A DNA stretch of 64,000 nt from Chiloscyllium plagiosum (taxonomy: Eukaryota), in assembly GCF_004010195.1 (NCBI RefSeq), contig NC_057755.1:12694142-12758141 (forward strand). The letters run 5' to 3'. The notes beneath the pieces are model-generated. The model saw only the letters and a list, made by a program, of their open reading frames with translations. It did no database searches and had not been told where the DNA came from. Position numbers and translations under genes: made by a program. Shown piece after piece: positions 26,515-39,399 of the stretch (position 1 is its first letter; the number at the start of each line of letters is the position of its first letter).

Positions 26515-28000
26515 ATAGAGTCATAGAGACATAAAGATGTACAGCATGGAAACAGATCCTTCGGTCCAACTCGTCCATACTAACCAGATATCCTAAACTA
26601 ATCTAGTCTCATTTGCCAGCATTTGACCCAGATCCCTCTAAAACCTTCGTATTCTTACACCCATCCAGATGCCTTTTCATTGCTGTTATTGTACAAACCT
26701 CCACCACTTCCTCTGGCAGCTCATTCCATACACGTACCACCCTCTGTGCGAAACGGTCGTCCCTTAGGTACCTTTTAGATTTTTCCGCTCTCACCCTAAA
26801 TCTGTGCCCTCTAGTTCTGGACTCACCCAACATAGGGAAAAGGCCTTGTCTATTTATCCTATTCATGTCCCTCATGCTCTTATAAACCTCTATGAGGCCA
26901 CCCCTGAGCCTCCAATGTTCCAGGGAAAACAGCCCCAGCCTGTTCAGCTTCTCCTTATAGCTCACGTCCTCCAACCCTGGCAACATCCTTGTAAATCTTT
27001 TCTGAACCCTTTCAAGTTTCACAACATCCTTCCAATAGGAAGGAGACCAGAATTTGGGTGGCAGGGTGGCACAGTGGTTAGCACTGCTGCCTCACAGCGC
27101 CAGAGACCCGGATTCAGTTCCCGCCTCGTCTGTGTGGAGTTTGCACATTCTCCCCGTGTCTGCGTGGGTTTCCTCCGGGTGCTCCGGTTTCCTCCCACAG
27201 TCCAAAAATGTGCAAATCAGGTGAATTGGCCATGCTAAATTGCCCATAGTGTTCGATGCAGGGGTAAATGTAGAGGAATGGGTATGGGTGGGTGCGCTTC
27301 GGCGGGTCGGTGTGGACTTGTTGGGCCGAAGGGCCTGTTTCCACACTGTAAGTAATCTAATCTAATCTAATCTAATTACACACAATATTCCAAAAGTGGC
27401 CTCACCAATGTCCTGTACTGCTACAACATGACCTCCCAACTCCTATATTCAATGTTCTGACCAATAAAGGAAAGCATATCAAATTCCTTCTTCACTATCC
27501 TATCTACCTACATCTCTACTTTCAAGGAACTATGAACCATTCACACTATGACGCTAGTCTCTTTGTTCAGCAACACCCCCCCCCCAGGACCTTCACATTA
27601 AGTGTATAAGTCCTGCTCTGATTTGCTTTTCCAAAATGCAACACTGTGCATTTATCTAAATTAAACTCCATCTGCCACTCCTCAGCCCATTGGCCCATCT
27701 GATCAAGATCCCGCTGTATTCTGAGGTAACCTTCTTCACTGTCCATTACACCTCCAATTTTGATGTCATCTGCAAGATTAATAACTATGGCTCCTATGTT
27801 CACATCCAAATCATTTAGATAAATGACAAAAAGCAGTGGACCCAGCATCAATCCTTGTGCACACCACTGGTCCAGTCTGAAAAGCAACCTTCCACCACCA
27901 TCCTCTGTGTTCTACCTTTGAGCCAGTTCTGTATCCAAACGGCTACTTCCTGCTGTATTCTATGAGATATAACCTTGCTAACACATCTCTCATGAGGTTT
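26515..28000 (-). mobile_element. CR1-like LINE 3' half interrupted by a SINE
   Basis: QGLMLGPLLFVIYLNDLD...ADDIKIGG RT motifs (ORF 27567..27887); C-terminus in ORF 26609..27022. Confidence 0.9.
27056..27376 (+). mobile_element. HE1/V-SINE-like SINE
   Basis: tRNA head, V-domain and (aatct)n tail. Confidence 0.9.
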
Positions 28001-28289
28001 TAAACAATTGGAATTATACCTACTCTCATTGTTTAAATATTACAAAAATAAATTGATATTTTTTTCACCACCATTTATGTACTAGCATTGTGCCAGTGCT
28101 TAATTCTCACCTCTTGAGCTGTGTACCCTCTTCCAGAGAATTGAGCACATCATCTTGGTTGACACACCAGCCTGGAGTACAGAGCCTCAAAAGGACATTT
28201 CATCTCATTTATGAAAAACTGCTTATCATCACGAACTGAAAATTTAGCAATACCATTCAGTGCTGATTTGAGAAGAGAATTTATGTAGC

Positions 28290-28890
28290 ACTTTCATTTC
28301 AAAGGGAATGGAATATAAAAATAGAAAGTATTTGTTAAATCAATGTCAGACCATAGTTAGAATTTTATGAACAATTTTGGTCCTTTTTAAAAGTAGAATG
28401 ACATATTGGAGGCAGGTAAGTGAAGGTTCACTCAGGTATCAGCTTTTATGATGAAAAGGTTTTTCAGTTAGACCTGTACTCATTGAAAGATAGAAGAATG
28501 AGAGGTGACCTTATTAAAACATACAAGATTCTTAGGGGACTTGACGGGATACATGCAGAGAAGTTATTTCCCTTGTGAGAGAGTTTAGGACAGAAGTATT
28601 ATCTCAGAATAAGAAGTCACATATTTAAGACATAGATGAGGAGGAATTTCTTCTCTCAGAAGGTAGTGAATCTATGGGATTCTTTACCACAGAGGGCAGT
28701 GCAAGCTGGGTCATTAAATACATTCAAGGCTGAGAGAGACATTTTAATCAGTAAGGGAATAAAGATTATGGGCTCAGGGCAGGAAAGTGAAGTTGGTGGT
28801 TGTCAGATCAGTCAGGGTCCCACTGAATGACAGAGCAAACTCAATGGGCCGAATGATCTCCTTCTGCTCCTACGTTTAATGGTCCTATTT
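28290..28890 (+). mobile_element. Old CR1-like LINE 3' end
   Basis: MRRNFFSQKVVNLWDSLP (ORF 28636..28830). Confidence 0.75.
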
Positions 28891-29806
28891 ATGCTTCACA
28901 GAAGCACATTAAACCAAAGACTGTCACTGAGTCACAGAGCAATATTAGGTCAGGTGACCAAAAGTTTGGTCAGACATGGAGGTTTGAAGGATAGTGTAAA
29001 AGGGCAATCTAGGGAGGGAATTTCCCAGCATAGGGCAACGGTTGGTTGAGTAATTATAAGAGGGACAAGTGGCCAGAAAATGGATGAGCACAAAATTACA
29101 GCAGGTTATGGAAATAGTGATTAATACTTAAATAAGGAGTAATCACGCCATGGAGTGATTTCAAAACCAGAATCAGCATTTTAAGATCAAACATGGCTAT
29201 CAGACATCACTGTAGATCAGTGAGTACAAGAGGGACAGGGGAATGGGTCTTGCTGCAAATTTGGACACAAGCACCAGAGTTATGTCTGATCTCCGTTTTA
29301 AAGAGGGTAAAATGTATGAGACCAGGCAGGAAAGCATTGAAATAGACAAGAGGTAACAGAGGTATGAATGTGTTTAATTAGCTAAAAGGGGTGAATCTTA
29401 CAGGGGTAGAGTCTTAGAGATGGTACAGTGTGAGCCCAGAAGCTCATTTCATGATCAGATACAACACAAATATTAAAAACAGACTTGCTTAATCTCAGCC
29501 TGTTGCCAATGAGTGAAGTGGACCCAGCAGTCGCTGTTTGCAAAAGCAACCAAAACTATGGCTTCAGTCTTCTTAATATTCAAAAAGAGAAAACCGTTTC
29601 TCAGGAAAAACTTGTCAAGCAAGCAATGTGACAATTTGCCAGGAGTGGAATGGTCAAAAGAGCAGGTGGTGATTTAGACCTGGGTGTTATCATGTTACAT
29701 GTGAAAACTAAAATCGTAGAATCCATAAAGTGCAGATAGAGGCCATTCGGCCCATTGATTCTTCATTGACCCTCCGAAGAGCCTAACCTTGGCACAATCA
29801 ATCCAC

Positions 29807-29930
29807 CTGAAGAAGGGCTTATGCCCAAAACGTCGATTCTCCTGCTCCTTGGATGCTGCCTGACCTGCTGCGCTTTTCCAGCAACACATTTTCAGCTCTG
29901 ATCTCCAGCATCTGCAGCCTTCACTTTCTC
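29807..29930 (+). mobile_element. Solo PLE terminal repeat starting at the hammerhead core, inserted into a decayed SINE
   Basis: Direct repeat cacaatcaatccacct at 29793-29808 and 29931-29946; CTGAAGA at 29807; GAAA mutated to AAAA. Confidence 0.85.
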
Positions 29931-30387
29931 CACAATCAATCCACCTAACTTGTACAGGGACAAAGTGTAAACTCCACACAGTCACCCAAGGCTAGAATCA
30001 AACCCAGGTCCCCGGCACTGTGAGGCAGCAGTAATAACTACTCTTCCACCATTTGGATCTTGTTTTTAGATGATGATGCTAAGGAGCAGCATGTGGATGA
30101 GAAACAGGAAGACAGCTGAGGATTGATGTTCAGGGGACACCAGGCTAACAATGTGAGAACAAAAAGAGAAGACATTGCAAGTGATTCCCTGACTCTTTTT
30201 AAAGAAGTAATAGAAGTGGATGAGCGCAGTACCATCCAACTGGATAACTGTGGCGAGGTGTTGGAACAGGTTTGCAAACAGATCAGGAAGGATGTGGTCA
30301 GAAAGTCACCACAGATGTCATTTGTGGCTTTTACAAGAACAATTTTAGTATTGTGGCTGGATAGAATGCTGCTTGGAGTGATTTAAA

Positions 30388-30687
30388 CATGGCTCAGTGG
30401 TTAGCACTGCTGCCTCACAGCACCAGAGACCCGGGTTCAATTCCCGCCTCAGGCAACTGTCTGTGTGGAGTTTGCACATTCTCCTCGTGTCTGTGTGGGT
30501 TTTCTCCGGGTGCACCAGTTTCCTCCCACAGTCCAAAAATGTGGTTAGGTGGATTGGCCACACTAAATTGCCCATAGTGTTAGGTGAAGGGGTAAATGTA
30601 GGGGAATAGGTCTGGGTAGGTTGCTCTTCGGTGTGGACTTGTTGGGCCGAAGGGTCTGTTTCCACACTGTAAGTAATCTAATCTAAT
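30388..30687 (+). mobile_element. HE1/V-SINE-like SINE
   Basis: tggctcagtggttagc (A box), gggttcaattccc (B box), V-domain and tail. Confidence 0.9.
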
Positions 30688-30769
30688 AAAGACAAGGACA
30701 GTAGCGATGTAAGGGCAGAGAGGGGAAGAGCTCCTAGTGTACATTCAGCCTGAACTGTCCCCATCAACT

Positions 30770-32610
30770 ACCACCATCCTTTGCCTGGCCAAACTCGTCT
30801 TCACTTTGATAAACTTCTCCTTTAACTCCTCCACTTCCTTCAGGTCAAAGGGGTAGCCATTGGTATTCCTCATGGGCCCCAGTTATGCCTGTCTCTTTGT
30901 GGGATATATGAAACATTCCTTGTTCTAGTCCTACTCTGGCCCCCACTCTTTTTCCATCAATGACATCATCAGTACTGCTTCCCTTTCTTCTGAAGTGGAA
31001 ACATTTATCAATTTTGTTTCCAAATTCCGCTCTGCTTTCACCTTCATCTGGTCTACCTCTGACCCCTCTCTTCCCTTTCTCAACATCTCTGTTTCCATTT
31101 CTAGGGATAGGCCACCAATTCCACTACAAACCCACTGACTCCCACAGTTACCTAGCTATGAATGCTTACACCCTGTATCCTGTAAAGATCCTATTCCATT
31201 CTCCCAGTTCTTCTGTCTCCATTGCATCTGTTCAGATAATGCCAACTTCAACAAGGGAGCCTCCAATATAACCACCTTCTTCCTCAATTGAGGATTCCCC
31301 AGCACCATTGTCGACAGGGCCTTCAGCTGACTCCGACCCATCTCCTGCACTTCGGCCCTCACCTTATGTTCCCTTATGTTCCCTCTCACAGCAGTGATTG
31401 GGTCCCTTTTTAAAACCACTAGCATCCATACCCGAAGGATCATTATCCTTCCATTATCATTTCCACCACCTCCAGCGAGATGCCAGCACCGGACACATAG
31501 TCCCCACTCCTCCCTTGTCAGCAATCTGCAGGGACTGGTCCCTCTGGAACACCCTGGTCCACTCCTCCTCCACTCCCCATGCCTGCCTACAGCCTCGCAA
31601 TACTTTTCCATGAATTGAATTGAATTGAATTTATTATCATGTGTAGCAAGGCACAGTGAGCAATACAGGCAGATCACATAGTTAAGTAGCATAGATAAGT
31701 AAATAATAGGTAAACAGTGGCTAAGACAAAAGCACAGGTACAGGCGAATGTTAAGAGTTTGAGAGTCCATTCAGTATTCTCATAACAGTTGAGTAGAAAC
31801 TGTAACAAAACCGGCTGATGCGTGTGTTCAGGCTTCTGTACCTTCTCCCTGATGGTAGAGGTTGTAGAAAAACATTGCCAGCAATGGGATGGATCTTTGA
31901 GAAAGAACACAAGGTGTAACACCTGCCCATTTACTTTCTCCCTTCTCACCTCCCAAGGCCCCGGACACACCTTCAAGAGGAAGCCTGCACTTCACTGTAT
32001 TCACTACTCACCATGTGGTCTCCTCTACACTGGGGAGACAAAATGCACACTGGGTGACCGCTTTGCAGAACATCTACATTCTGTCCACAAAACTATCACC
32101 AAATCATCAGTTGCCTGCCACTGTGTTCCCTAGCCAAAATCTCTGTCTCAGGCTTGCTGCAATGCTCCAGTGAAGCTCAGTGCAAGCTGGAAGAAGAGCT
32201 TCTCATTTTCTGCATGGGGATCATGCGGTCATCAGGACTCGAGATCGAATTCAATGATTTTAGGGCCTGAGCATCTTCTCCCATGTCCTTACCCCAACCC
32301 CCACAAACATGAGCTTACACCACAACCATTGGCAGCTACTCATGATCCCCATTAGCTGCTCTTGATACTTCTAGGTTGACTTTTACCCATTCCTTTTTCT
32401 GTCCGACTGTTGATCTGTGTCTCTGGGCTCCATTTCCATCTATTGTTTATTCTTCTCCCCACTTGCCAACCCCAACTTCAGCTTATATACCAATCTTTGC
32501 CAAGCTTTCAGTCAGTTCTGAAGAAGGATCACTGGACTCGAAACATTATCTCTGCTTTCTCTCCACAAACGCTGCCAAACCTGCTGTGATTTCCCAACAA
32601 TTTTAGTTTC
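30770..32610 (+). mobile_element. Degenerate Penelope-like element (second subfamily), interrupted at 31612-31905
   Basis: QVKGVAIG..MGPSYACLFVGY RT motif; CGLLYTGETK...DRFAEHL GIY-YIG motif; terminus with CTGAAGA (32518) and GAAA (32540). Confidence 0.8.
31612..31905 (-). mobile_element. Rex1/Babar-like LINE 3' end (related relic at about 9550-9700)
   Basis: (attca)n tail; frameshifted KDPSH...LPSGRRYRS-type C-terminus. Confidence 0.6.
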
Positions 32611-33869
32611 CTGAAAATTCTACTTTGTTATCTCACATTTGTCCATATTAAATTGTACTTACTCTCCTTTTAACCCATCTCAGAAACATGTCCATCCATG
32701 CCTACCCACCTTCCCTTTCCATTGCCCACTGCCCTCGCTCACCTCTCTGTCCAAGGGCAGGACCCCTGCCTCTTTCTTCACTCCTTGTGATGAAGTGAGA
32801 ATACAATGACAAGTCTAACAGAACATCAGAGTATTTCCAGACATTGGAAAAAGATCCAAAAATATGAAATTACTTGCAATAAGGTTGTCTAGCCTCTTAA
32901 AAACTCTACTGTGCTGCTGGTGTGACTGTTCCATGCTTCTTCTTTCAGGAATGAACCACAAGGATGTTGCCAGGTCCAGCCTTGTCTGAATGGGGTATCA
33001 TAGTGCCACAGCCAGTGGCTGGTTTGTGGATAGCAGCAATTCTCGGTTTTGTGGTGGGATGTAGCGGTCGCAATTCTAGGATAGCCAGGAAAACATAACT
33101 ACACAACTCCACAACTTCTGGATCCTGTCTACAAAAATCATCCTTAAGCTAGCAGCAATTTACATTTGACGTGCACCTCTGTTTCAGAACAAGGAAAAGA
33201 TGGACAGGTGAAGTGGGATCAGGCTATAACCAGTAACTGAGAGTCTGAGACAAGGCAACTCTCTGTTATTTAATTCTGGGCTTGTGTTTGAGACAGAAAC
33301 AATATCATAGCTCAAGATTAGATTAGCCAAGAGTACTTAGATTAAATTAGTTTGGTGAGTGACAGAAATGAGATAACAAATCGGAGTAAGGTGAGTAATT
33401 ACTGACATGGACTGAATGGGCCAAAGTACCTGTTTCCCTGATGTATCCTGATTGTATCCCAGTGTTGAATCTAGTGAGGCCAGTGGCCAAAACAGTTGGG
33501 TATAATAACCAATCTGAACAGGAACTCAGTTAATAAAGGTGCAGAGTGAAACCACTGCTGATACTCTTACTCTGTGCAACTACCATTCTAGTCTGAACTG
33601 TTCTTAAACATTGGCGAATGTGAGTGTAAATAAAATTGTGTTAACACCATTCAGCTCAGGTGCAGGTAGGATTTGGAAACAGCGTTCTGTTTAATGTTGT
33701 TCATATTCCTTGGGCTCTTGAAGATACTAGCAGCCTTGTGAGAGCTCACTTGTTCCTGGATCCAATCACTCTGTTCTGAATGATCCTCAGCATTAGCTTA
33801 GTTGCTTTGTCCTACTGTCCCCTATTCTATGCTGCACCTTGGGTCTCCTAAATATACTCCCTCTTTTCC

Positions 33870-33908
33870 AGAGAGAGAGAGAGTGAGAGACAGAGGGAGA
33901 AAGAGAAA
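33870..33908. repeat. Imperfect (GA)n microsatellite
   Basis: agagagagagagagtgagagacagagggagaaagaga. Confidence 0.8.
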
Positions 33909-34110
33909 GGCTGTGATTTTTTTCAGATTTGGATGGATGGTCCTGTTTTGAAGGATTTCTTTGCTTTGTGCTGTCATTGCCAAAGAAAGATACAAACAGG
34001 AGGTGGCTATTCAGTTTATCACAGCTATTCTGGCTTTTTAAAAGATCTATTTGATTACTCCACTTCCCCTGCTCTTTCCTATGTCTTTGAAAAATGTCCC
34101 TTTTCAAGGC

Positions 34111-34116
34111 TTTATT
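34111..34116 (-). promoter_or_regulatory. Candidate TACR2 polyadenylation signal (AATAAA on minus strand)
   Basis: tttatt at 34111-34116, about 1.2 kb downstream of the TACR2 stop; not validated. Confidence 0.3.
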
Positions 34117-35338
34117 CAATTCCCTACTTTAATTTATGATTGAATGTGCTTTCCCCACTCTTCCTCTGCCTTTTAGATCATAATATTGCACTATGTAAAA
34201 TAAACTTGTATTATTTCCAAATGGATTTCTGTCAATTATTAGAAATTTGTGCCCTCTGGTTACCAGTCTTCCTGCTTTTTCTCTATCTAATCCAGTAAAA
34301 CTCTTCATACTGTTAGACACTTTGATTCCATCTCCCCTTAAAACCTTTCTGCTCAAAGGAAGACACTCTAACGTATAAAGTTTTAATCATGCATTCAGTT
34401 CACTCTGGGTCATCTTATTGCAGTGAGAATGATATGCTTTCTCAGAGGTTCTGTCCTCTCTCTCTGTTTAAACCCTGATTAGTGGAAGGGTGGGTCACAA
34501 ACAGGATTATCAGTAGTGTCACTAATTGATTCCTGCGTCCTGAAATCTCCTCAGTTCAAAGTTAAAGTGAAATAACAGCAAAAGACAAATGTAATCATTG
34601 AATATAAAATTTAAAGATGATTAACCTTAATTTTAACAAGGTTATTTTTCTGATAAAATAGCCTCTTCATTCAATTGTAAATCACATTCTCTATACACAG
34701 ATAGTTGAAATTGTTTCATGCACAGGCTTATTACTATTACAACCCTATTTACAATGACAATACCTGCACCTCAAAAATGACTCATTTACTGAAAAGAGAA
34801 ACCTTAGGTTGTGAAAGGCGCAATGTAAATGCAAGTCTTTTTTTTCTTTATCTTGTATTTACACAACTTACATTCTTCCTGCACGTTCATGATGATAGGG
34901 TGGAAGGCCCAAAATGTAGACATTGGAATGAAGGTGACATGAAAGGCCTGTAACTTGCTAAGGTATTCAGTCAGCCTGATGAAGTGGTTGTTTTGAGCCT
35001 GAGCAGGTCTAGTGTGCTCAGTTCTCTGGAGAGCTTAGATTACTGGGTCAGAGATGCAGGGATCTGGGGAAACATGGTCCAGGAATCAGGATCCAGTTTC
35101 AGGGAATCAGCAGCTAGATTAGAAAATCAGGAATCAGAACTGAAGAACAGCAGTGGGTACGGTAGGTTCAGGAACATCAAGTCAGGCATCTCAGTCAAAG
35201 AATTGAGAGTCAGCATTGGAGAATGGCTCATTGTTTCATCTTCTTGAGCCCAGACAATGTAACCCCTCTATGTGGGAGCTGCCAGTTTCAATATTAGTCC
35301 TCAGCTCTGAAGAGATCCTATACACGACCAAATGCATT

Positions 35339-35561
35339 TCAAAGAATGGTCTGAGAAGTGATGAATTTTGCTTTTGCCTCCTCAGTTTCATCATGATTGG
35401 AATCGATGTGGCTAGTTATCATTGTTTCCATCCTGTTTCCAGTGTATGTGCTGCTGCATGTCATTCGGAAGCTCACCACTGTCGTTAACTCCTGTTGATC
35501 GTAGGGACTGACGTGTACAAAGGGGCACCAGCGGAAAGCTCGCTTAAATCCAATGCGGAAT
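35339..35561 (-). CDS. TACR2: Tachykinin receptor terminal coding exon (helix 8 and C-tail)
   Basis: Minus-strand acceptor ...gcccag|A TTC CGC. (R)FRIGFKRAFRWCPFVHVSPYDQQELTTVVSFRMTCSSTYTGNRMETMITSHIDSNHDETEEAKAKFITSQTIL*. Phase joins CG|A from the upstream exon. Confidence 0.9.
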
Positions 35562-36235
35562 CTGGGCAACGACAACATGAAAAATGATACATAATGCATC
35601 GTGGAATTCGACAATGTTGTACACTTTCCAAGATGATTCACACCTACTCTCCTCCAGAGATTGTACACATTCCAGAGACGTGGGGGAAATGTTAAAGTAC
35701 AGAAAGCCACAATCCCAATGGGACCACATGACCCCCACCCCAGTGTAGCTCAGTACCCAACCACCCTCCACAATCTGGTCTGGCAATCCCCCCCGCCTCA
35801 ATTACACTACCCACTTACACATTACTTCCTTTTGGAAACAGCGGATGAGGAATATTGACATAATGATTTGGGAAAGGCAGATAATGTAGAAAACACTCAG
35901 CCACTGCAGTTTCCTCACCTCTATTGCTAAACAGGAACTGAGTGCTATGATTAGACAATAAGACGATGGTGGAAGAGAATCAAGGTGACTGGTCATTCTG
36001 GATCAAGCAATTCTCATTTCCTAACTTCCTGCCTTGTACATGATGTTCCTGTGATTGGAAAATATTCTTGGGAGCCATCACAGAACTGCCTGGTCTCTAT
36101 AATAACCGCTGCTTGTGATATGAAGAGTCTATTTAGTGCTGATTAGTTTAGGAGGAGCACTCCAACCCTGTTCTGATCTGTATCTTAATTTCATCAACTC
36201 TCCTTAGCTCTGCAACGCTTACAGAAGAAAAATCA

Positions 36236-37027
36236 GTCAGAAGTCAGATGATACCCAGTTATAATCCAACAGGTTTATTTGAAATCACAAGCTTTCGGAT
36301 TTTATAGGCAGATCGATCATACAAGTTGTGTGAGTGGAATGTTGACAGGCTGAAATAGTAGGTCTCTGCAGCTGAGCAAGAGTGTCAGATGGTGTGAGTA
36401 AAGTGTCAACAATTGAATATCAAGGAGAGAGTTGACCTATAATCTGAATAAATGAGGCAGAAAGATAATTACATAGACTAAAAATAAGGTGATGCTGGAG
36501 ACTAACCAAATGGCTGGAATAACATAACCAATGTAATAAGTAATCCAAAATTGTCCAAACTAAATAAGATAGAGAGACCATAACAATTTATTGAGGTGGT
36601 GGTGTCAAAACAGGACAGTAAGGAAACTTCACAGATACAAAACAGTGTGATGGGGTCACACGTTGCACAACATAAACTCAAGATCATTGTTGAGGCCATC
36701 TTCATGGGTATGGAATTTGGCTATCAGTTTCTGCTCCGTTTCTGCATTGTTGTATATCTTGAAGGCCGCTTACCAAACTTTACTCACACTGTCTGATAGT
36801 CTTGATCACCTGCAGAGACTTATTATGCAGCCCGTCGACACTCCACTCACACCATTTGCATCTCTCTGCCTATAAATTCTGTGTTCTGTGTGCTTCTCTC
36901 TTACTTCACCTGGCAAAGGGGCCGCACTCCAAAAGCTTGTGATTTTAAATAAACCTGTTGGATTTCAACCTGGTGTCATCTGACTTCTAACCTTGTCCAC
37001 CCCGGTCCAACACCAGCACTTCCACAT
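36236..37027 (-). mobile_element. Penelope-like element (third subfamily) with inverted termini, in the last TACR2 intron
   Basis: Minus-strand EQKLIAKFHTHEDGLN (36689-36736), typical of a PLE endonuclease C-terminus; inverted termini; TSD agaa(g/t)aaaaatca at 36223-36235 and 37028-37040. Confidence 0.75.
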
Positions 37028-37959
37028 AGAATAAAAATCAACCAATCTTGGTTCTGGAAAATGTATTTAGTCATCCTGTTAATGTTAGGTTAATCTCATT
37101 GTTAAGATTATTTAATGTTCAGAAGAAGCAGATGGGACTATTAATTGTCTGAACATACATACGAAGCCGTCTTTTTAGTGATTTGAGAAAACCTTTTGTT
37201 GTGCTTTAGGTTGCACTTCAGCCCACCACTCCTGATCTTTGGACACCTGGTGCGGAGGGATGCAGGCAGTTTAGAGGATGTCCTCATGGGTCTGCTTCTG
37301 GGCCTGTAAACAGATCCAGGCAATGGGCTGTGGAGGGGGTCATCTCTGTAGATTGTCAGCCCCTCTTCCCCAGCTATGTTTGTGCCGGTGGGTATCCTTG
37401 AAGAGGGACCATGCGGTGTCTCTTTAGAGAAGGGGGGGGGCACCGCGAGGGCTCAGTGCTTTATCTCCCCCTTCAACTCCATTTTTATTTAGTCCCACTC
37501 ACTCTCCCAATGCCCTCTGATGGTTAGCATTGCCCTCAATGGGCTTTGCCTGTAAGTATCCAATTGGCTACACGGGTGATTTATTGATAGTGGTTAATAG
37601 ATGGGAAATACATGGGTGATTTGGGGACAGGAGATAAAAATTGATTGATTAAGTATACTGCTTCAACGTCTATATCCTGAAGCATATGTAAGGAATGACT
37701 GGAAGGAGCTGTAAAATTGAGTAGTCAATAAACTTTCAATTAGGAACATAGATTACTGCAACATCAGAACACTGGCTCTGCCTGTCTCTGTTTACCCATC
37801 TGCTGCCTGCTTACCTTCCATCTGTACTTGCATTTGCCTGCCAACTTGCCTGTTCTTTCATCTGTCTATATACAATTAGCAGTGTTTGATGGTTAATGTT
37901 GGTTTTTCTCTGCTTGCCTCCTCACACGCATCCAGACCATCTGACAGTCTGCCCACCTC

Positions 37960-38900
37960 CTGCTGCCTCAACTCTATTCTCATTGAACTGTCAGTATCTT
38001 GACCCGACACAAGTTAGCTGTCATCCTTTTCAAATACCGTTCCCTCCTCTACTAGCATCAAAGCCCTGCTCCAAACAATAACAAGAATTCCCCCATCCTT
38101 CCATCAATGTCATTTTCCTCTCAAATTCCACAACTAGTTTCTCAAGTCTGTGTCTCCTTTCCTGGAATTCCATGTTTAAACCATTCAGACAACATTCTCC
38201 ACAACCACATCACTAAGACAGCTGCTGTCATACTCACCAATGACATCCTGTGTGACTGTGATGAAGGTAAATTGCCCTCATCCTTCTTGACTGACGTTCA
38301 CACCATTCTGCTCTGAAACGTCTCCACTGTCATCAATCTGTTTGGGACTGCACTCACCTACAATTCATTTGATCTAAAGTTTCTCGTCTTGATGTTGTAT
38401 CATTACATCTGGCATTTCCCAACAATCTTTGAACCATCCCCCACATCCTTCTCGATCTCTATAACTTCCTTCAATCCTTACCCCTCTTCCTATCTACAAC
38501 TCTCTTAATCTCTGTAAGCTCCTCCAAGCCCTACACCCCTCCCCATTTCTGTAAACCGTCCAGCCCCTACACCCTCCCTATCTCTGTAACCTCCTCCAGG
38601 CCCTACACCCCTCCCTATTTCTGTAACCTGTCCAGTTCCTAAACCCCTTCCTATCTCTATAACCTCCTCCGACCCCTACATCCACACTATCTCTGTAACT
38701 TCCTCCAGGCCCTACACCCCTCCCTCTCTCTGTCACCCACTCTAGTCCCTACAAACCTTTGGAGATCTCAGTATTCCTCTAATTTAAGTTTCTGAATTTT
38801 TGTCACACCATCATATGTAGAGAGTGCTTTCATTTGCTTGGACTCTAAACTCAGGATTTCTAAAGACGTCTAATCATCTTTCATTCCCTGCTCTGTTAGT
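37960..38900 (+). mobile_element. L2-like LINE relic
   Basis: Decayed RT-like stretch (caccaatgacatcctgtgtgactgtga) and a 3' region that includes the minisatellite below. Confidence 0.5.
38440..38760 (+). repeat. ~36-38 bp C-rich minisatellite (ccctatctctgtaacctcctccagcccctacaccc)
   Basis: About 8 tandem imperfect units. Confidence 0.85.
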
Positions 38901-39202
38901 CTATCTAAAGATAACATCAATCGTTAATTATGACAATCCTGACATGGCTCAGTGACATTTTCTTTAATGATAGTTCGAGTGTTTTGGACAGTTGGCTATA
39001 TTAAAGTCCCGACAAAGTTTTTGTTACTGTTGTTGGTTCTATCAATCTATCTGCCCTTGTCAGCCAGTTTCATGATTATTACTGTGCCTATTGCCCCTCT
39101 CTGTACCCAGCCCCATGGCTGTCCTGTCTCTGTATCTGTATCCACTGCCACCAGCTTCCCCTCTGCCTGCCCATGTACCCACTGTTGGGCTGTTGTGCTC
39201 AC

Positions 39203-39399
39203 CGGTTGTTAAGGCAGCAGTAAATGATGGGGTTGTACATGGTTGAGCTCATGGCTAGCCAGAAAATGCCCAGATACACCTGCTGTATGTAGGTTTCATA
39301 ATAGATGTCCTTCTTGAAACTGGCCAGAATGAAATACAAATGATAGGGCAGCCAGCAAAAGGCAAAGGTCAGAACAACCACAATCATCATTTTCACAAC
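39203..39399 (-). CDS. TACR2: Tachykinin receptor penultimate exon (TM6-TM7), neurokinin-2 receptor-like
   Basis: Acceptor tttcag| and donor |gtgag; 197 bp. [66 protein letters not shown] with CWLP and NPIIY motifs. The YHLYFIL.SF..DIY loop is NK2R-like; HK1 synteny supports TACR2. Confidence 0.9.

Noticed and set aside
27056..27130. tRNA genes at SINE heads
   Set aside because: The A/B boxes continue into the V-domain and LINE-type tail, so these are SINEs rather than tRNAs.
34984..35247. 87-aa plus-strand ORF with GAATCAG-rich repeats in the TACR2 3' UTR region
   Set aside because: No recognisable domain, low complexity, and antisense to the TACR2 UTR.
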